A DNA stretch of 32,000 nucleotides. It comes from an uncultured bacterium. GTDB taxonomy: Bacteria > Patescibacteriota > Gracilibacteria > UBA1369 > PNNO01. Position 1 is the stretch's first letter. Each line of letters opens with the position of its first letter. The DNA lies in NCBI GenBank assembly GCA_963704705.1, contig OY969931.1, positions 150,001 through 182,000 of the forward strand, written 5' to 3'. Below, one piece after another: positions 30,537-32,000 of the stretch. The notes below the pieces were generated by a model. That model was not told the origin of the DNA. It worked only from the letters and a program-made list of their open reading frames with translations, and searched no databases. The position numbers and the translations under genes were made by a program.

Positions 30537-32000
30537 ATGAACAATCAGTTAGACCGCTGGATAGAAGAGAAACTTCAACATACAGCGAATCCGCAAAAAA
30601 TTAAAACCCCCACGCTGCAGCGTCAGCGGAAGCGGCAATCTTTTAGAAAACGAAAATCTCACCATCAAAACAAGCAAAACAAGGGTGAATTTGTTAATAA
30701 AGTACGTATTTTGCCATTGGGCGGGCTTGATGAAGTCGGCAAAAACATGATGGCAATTGAATATGGCCGCGATATCATAATAATAGATATGGGATTCCAG
30801 TTTCCTGATGAGGATATGCTTGGAATCGACTACGTTATTCCTGATATTTCATGGCTAAAAGAGCGCAAAAACCGCATTCGCGGTATTATTCTGACTCATG
30901 GCCATTTGGATCACATCGGAGGAATACCGTACATTTTACCTGAACTTGGATTTCCGCAGCTTTACGGCACTAAACTTACCTTAGGCTTAGTCGAAAAACG
31001 TGTCGAGGAGTTTGGAATCAAAAAAGAATCGGTATTAAATGTTTTTAATCCTGACGACACTCTTAAATTAGGCGCTTTTAAATGCCGATTTTTTAGAGTT
31101 AATCATTCGATTCCCGATGGTGTAGGCGTTATCGTTGAAACACCTGAAGGTAATATTGTGCATACAGGAGACTTTAAGTTTGATGCAAGCCCGGCTGATC
31201 AAATTCAGGCGGATTATGATAAATTAAGCGAACTCGGTAAAAAGAGAAATGCCACAATCCTATTTTCTGACAGCACAAACGCATTAAAAGAGGGCCATAC
31301 CATATCAGAAGAAGCAATTGGTGAAACCCTTGATACTTTGATTGGTGAAACTGATGGCAGAATTATTATTGCATCATTTTCGTCTTTAATAGGCAGAATC
31401 CAGCAAATTTTAAATTCAGCTCAAAAGTACAAAAAACAGGTTTTTGTAAGTGGACGAAGCTTGATTGATAATATTGGAATTGCAGAACGGCTCGGATATA
31501 TAAAAGTTCCCAAAGGGCTTATACATGATGTTCGAAAAGCTCAAAAAGTTCCCGGCAAAAACGCTCTTATTTTAACAACAGGAAGCCAGGGTGAAGCTGT
31601 TTCAGCATTAACAAGAATTTCGCTTAATGATCACAAGCATATAAAAATTAAAAAAGGCGATACTGTAATTATTTCAGCAACACCAATTATAGGTAATGAA
31701 CGTGCTATCTACACCGTAATTGATAATTTAACAAAACTTGGTGCCAGAGTGATCGATAATAAGATTATGGATGTTCACACTTCGGGCCATGGATGTCAGG
31801 AAGATTTGAAAATGATGATAAACATGGTTAAGCCAAAGTATTTCGCTCCTATCCATGGGTTTTTCCATATGCGTTCACGACACAGAGAGCTTGCCTTAGA
31901 AGAGGGAATTCATGAACAAAACACAATTATGGCTAATAACGGCGATATTATCGAACTTAAAAAAGGGCAGGTAACCATGAGTAAAGAAAAAATTGATACA
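30537..32000 (+). CDS. rnj: Ribonuclease J (metallo-beta-lactamase/beta-CASP), 3' end beyond the window
   Basis: Absent from the ORF track because it is truncated. Hand translation from ATG 30537 gives MNNQLDRWIEEKLQ..(basic QRQRKRQSFRKRKSHH)..VRILPLGGLDEVGKNMMAIEYG..ILTHGHLDHIGGIPY..GDFKFD. It stays in frame and open to 32000 (488 codons). Confidence 0.88.
   Translation, partial: MNNQLDRWIEEKLQHTANPQKIKTPTLQRQRKRQSFRKRKSHHQNKQNKGEFVNKVRILPLGGLDEVGKNMMAIEYGRDIIIIDMGFQFPDEDMLGIDYVIPDISWLKERKNRIRGIILTHGHLDHIGGIPYILPELGFPQLYGTKLTLGLVEKRVEEFGIKKESVLNVFNPDDTLKLGAFKCRFFRVNHSIPDGVGVIVETPEGNIVHTGDFKFDASPADQIQADYDKLSELGKKRNATILFSDSTNALKEGHTISEEAIGETLDTLIGETDGRIIIASFSSLIGRIQQILNSAQKYKKQVFVSGRSLIDNIGIAERLGYIKVPKGLIHDVRKAQKVPGKNALILTTGSQGEAVSALTRISLNDHKHIKIKKGDTVIISATPIIGNERAIYTVIDNLTKLGARVIDNKIMDVHTSGHGCQEDLKMMINMVKPKYFAPIHGFFHMRSRHRELALEEGIHEQNTIMANNGDIIELKKGQVTMSKEKIDT

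Noticed and set aside
1-32000. CRISPR arrays, IS elements/transposases, integrases, rRNA, prophage structural genes
   Set aside because: I looked for regularly spaced direct repeats, terminal inverted repeats and recombinase-like translations and found none. The only tandem or direct repeats are the short regulatory ones reported above.

Overview
This is an AT-rich, tightly packed bacterial chromosome segment read with the standard genetic code (I estimate 35-40% GC by eye). Recognisable housekeeping genes are tRNA-Asp, gdh, pckA, ppdK, nadK, two GT4 glycosyltransferases, recA-recX, nusA, a PilB/ComGA-like ATPase, dprA, purM, ftsE, murD and rnj. Many small or unknown ORFs sit between them. 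Shine-Dalgarno-poor starts and frequent TGnTATAAT promoters fit a small-genome, possibly CPR/Patescibacteria-like organism, but that placement is inference only. I found no CRISPR array, IS element, integrase or rRNA. The stand-out is a minus-strand four-gene module at 4896..11083. It comprises a small ORF and a 1,654-aa protein with no signal peptide. The last ~190 aa of that protein carry the ordered core motifs of RelA/SpoT-homologue (RSH) synthetases, resembling toxSAS/Tas1-type toxins. Next comes a strongly acidic 84-aa ORF, then a clear RSH-type HD hydrolase (small alarmone hydrolase) that overlaps or abuts it. I interpret the module as a giant delivered or anchored alarmone-synthetase-like toxin with an immunity-like protein and an enzymatic antidote. 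A split housekeeping synthetase/hydrolase pair is the main alternative. Secondary observations are a perfect 18-bp palindrome filling the spacer of the recA promoter, and paired GATTAATC palindromes bracketing the promoter of an HTH gene. There is also a recA-recX-nusA-pilB/dprA transformation-like neighbourhood. All functional calls come from reading the translations and DNA by eye; no searches were run.
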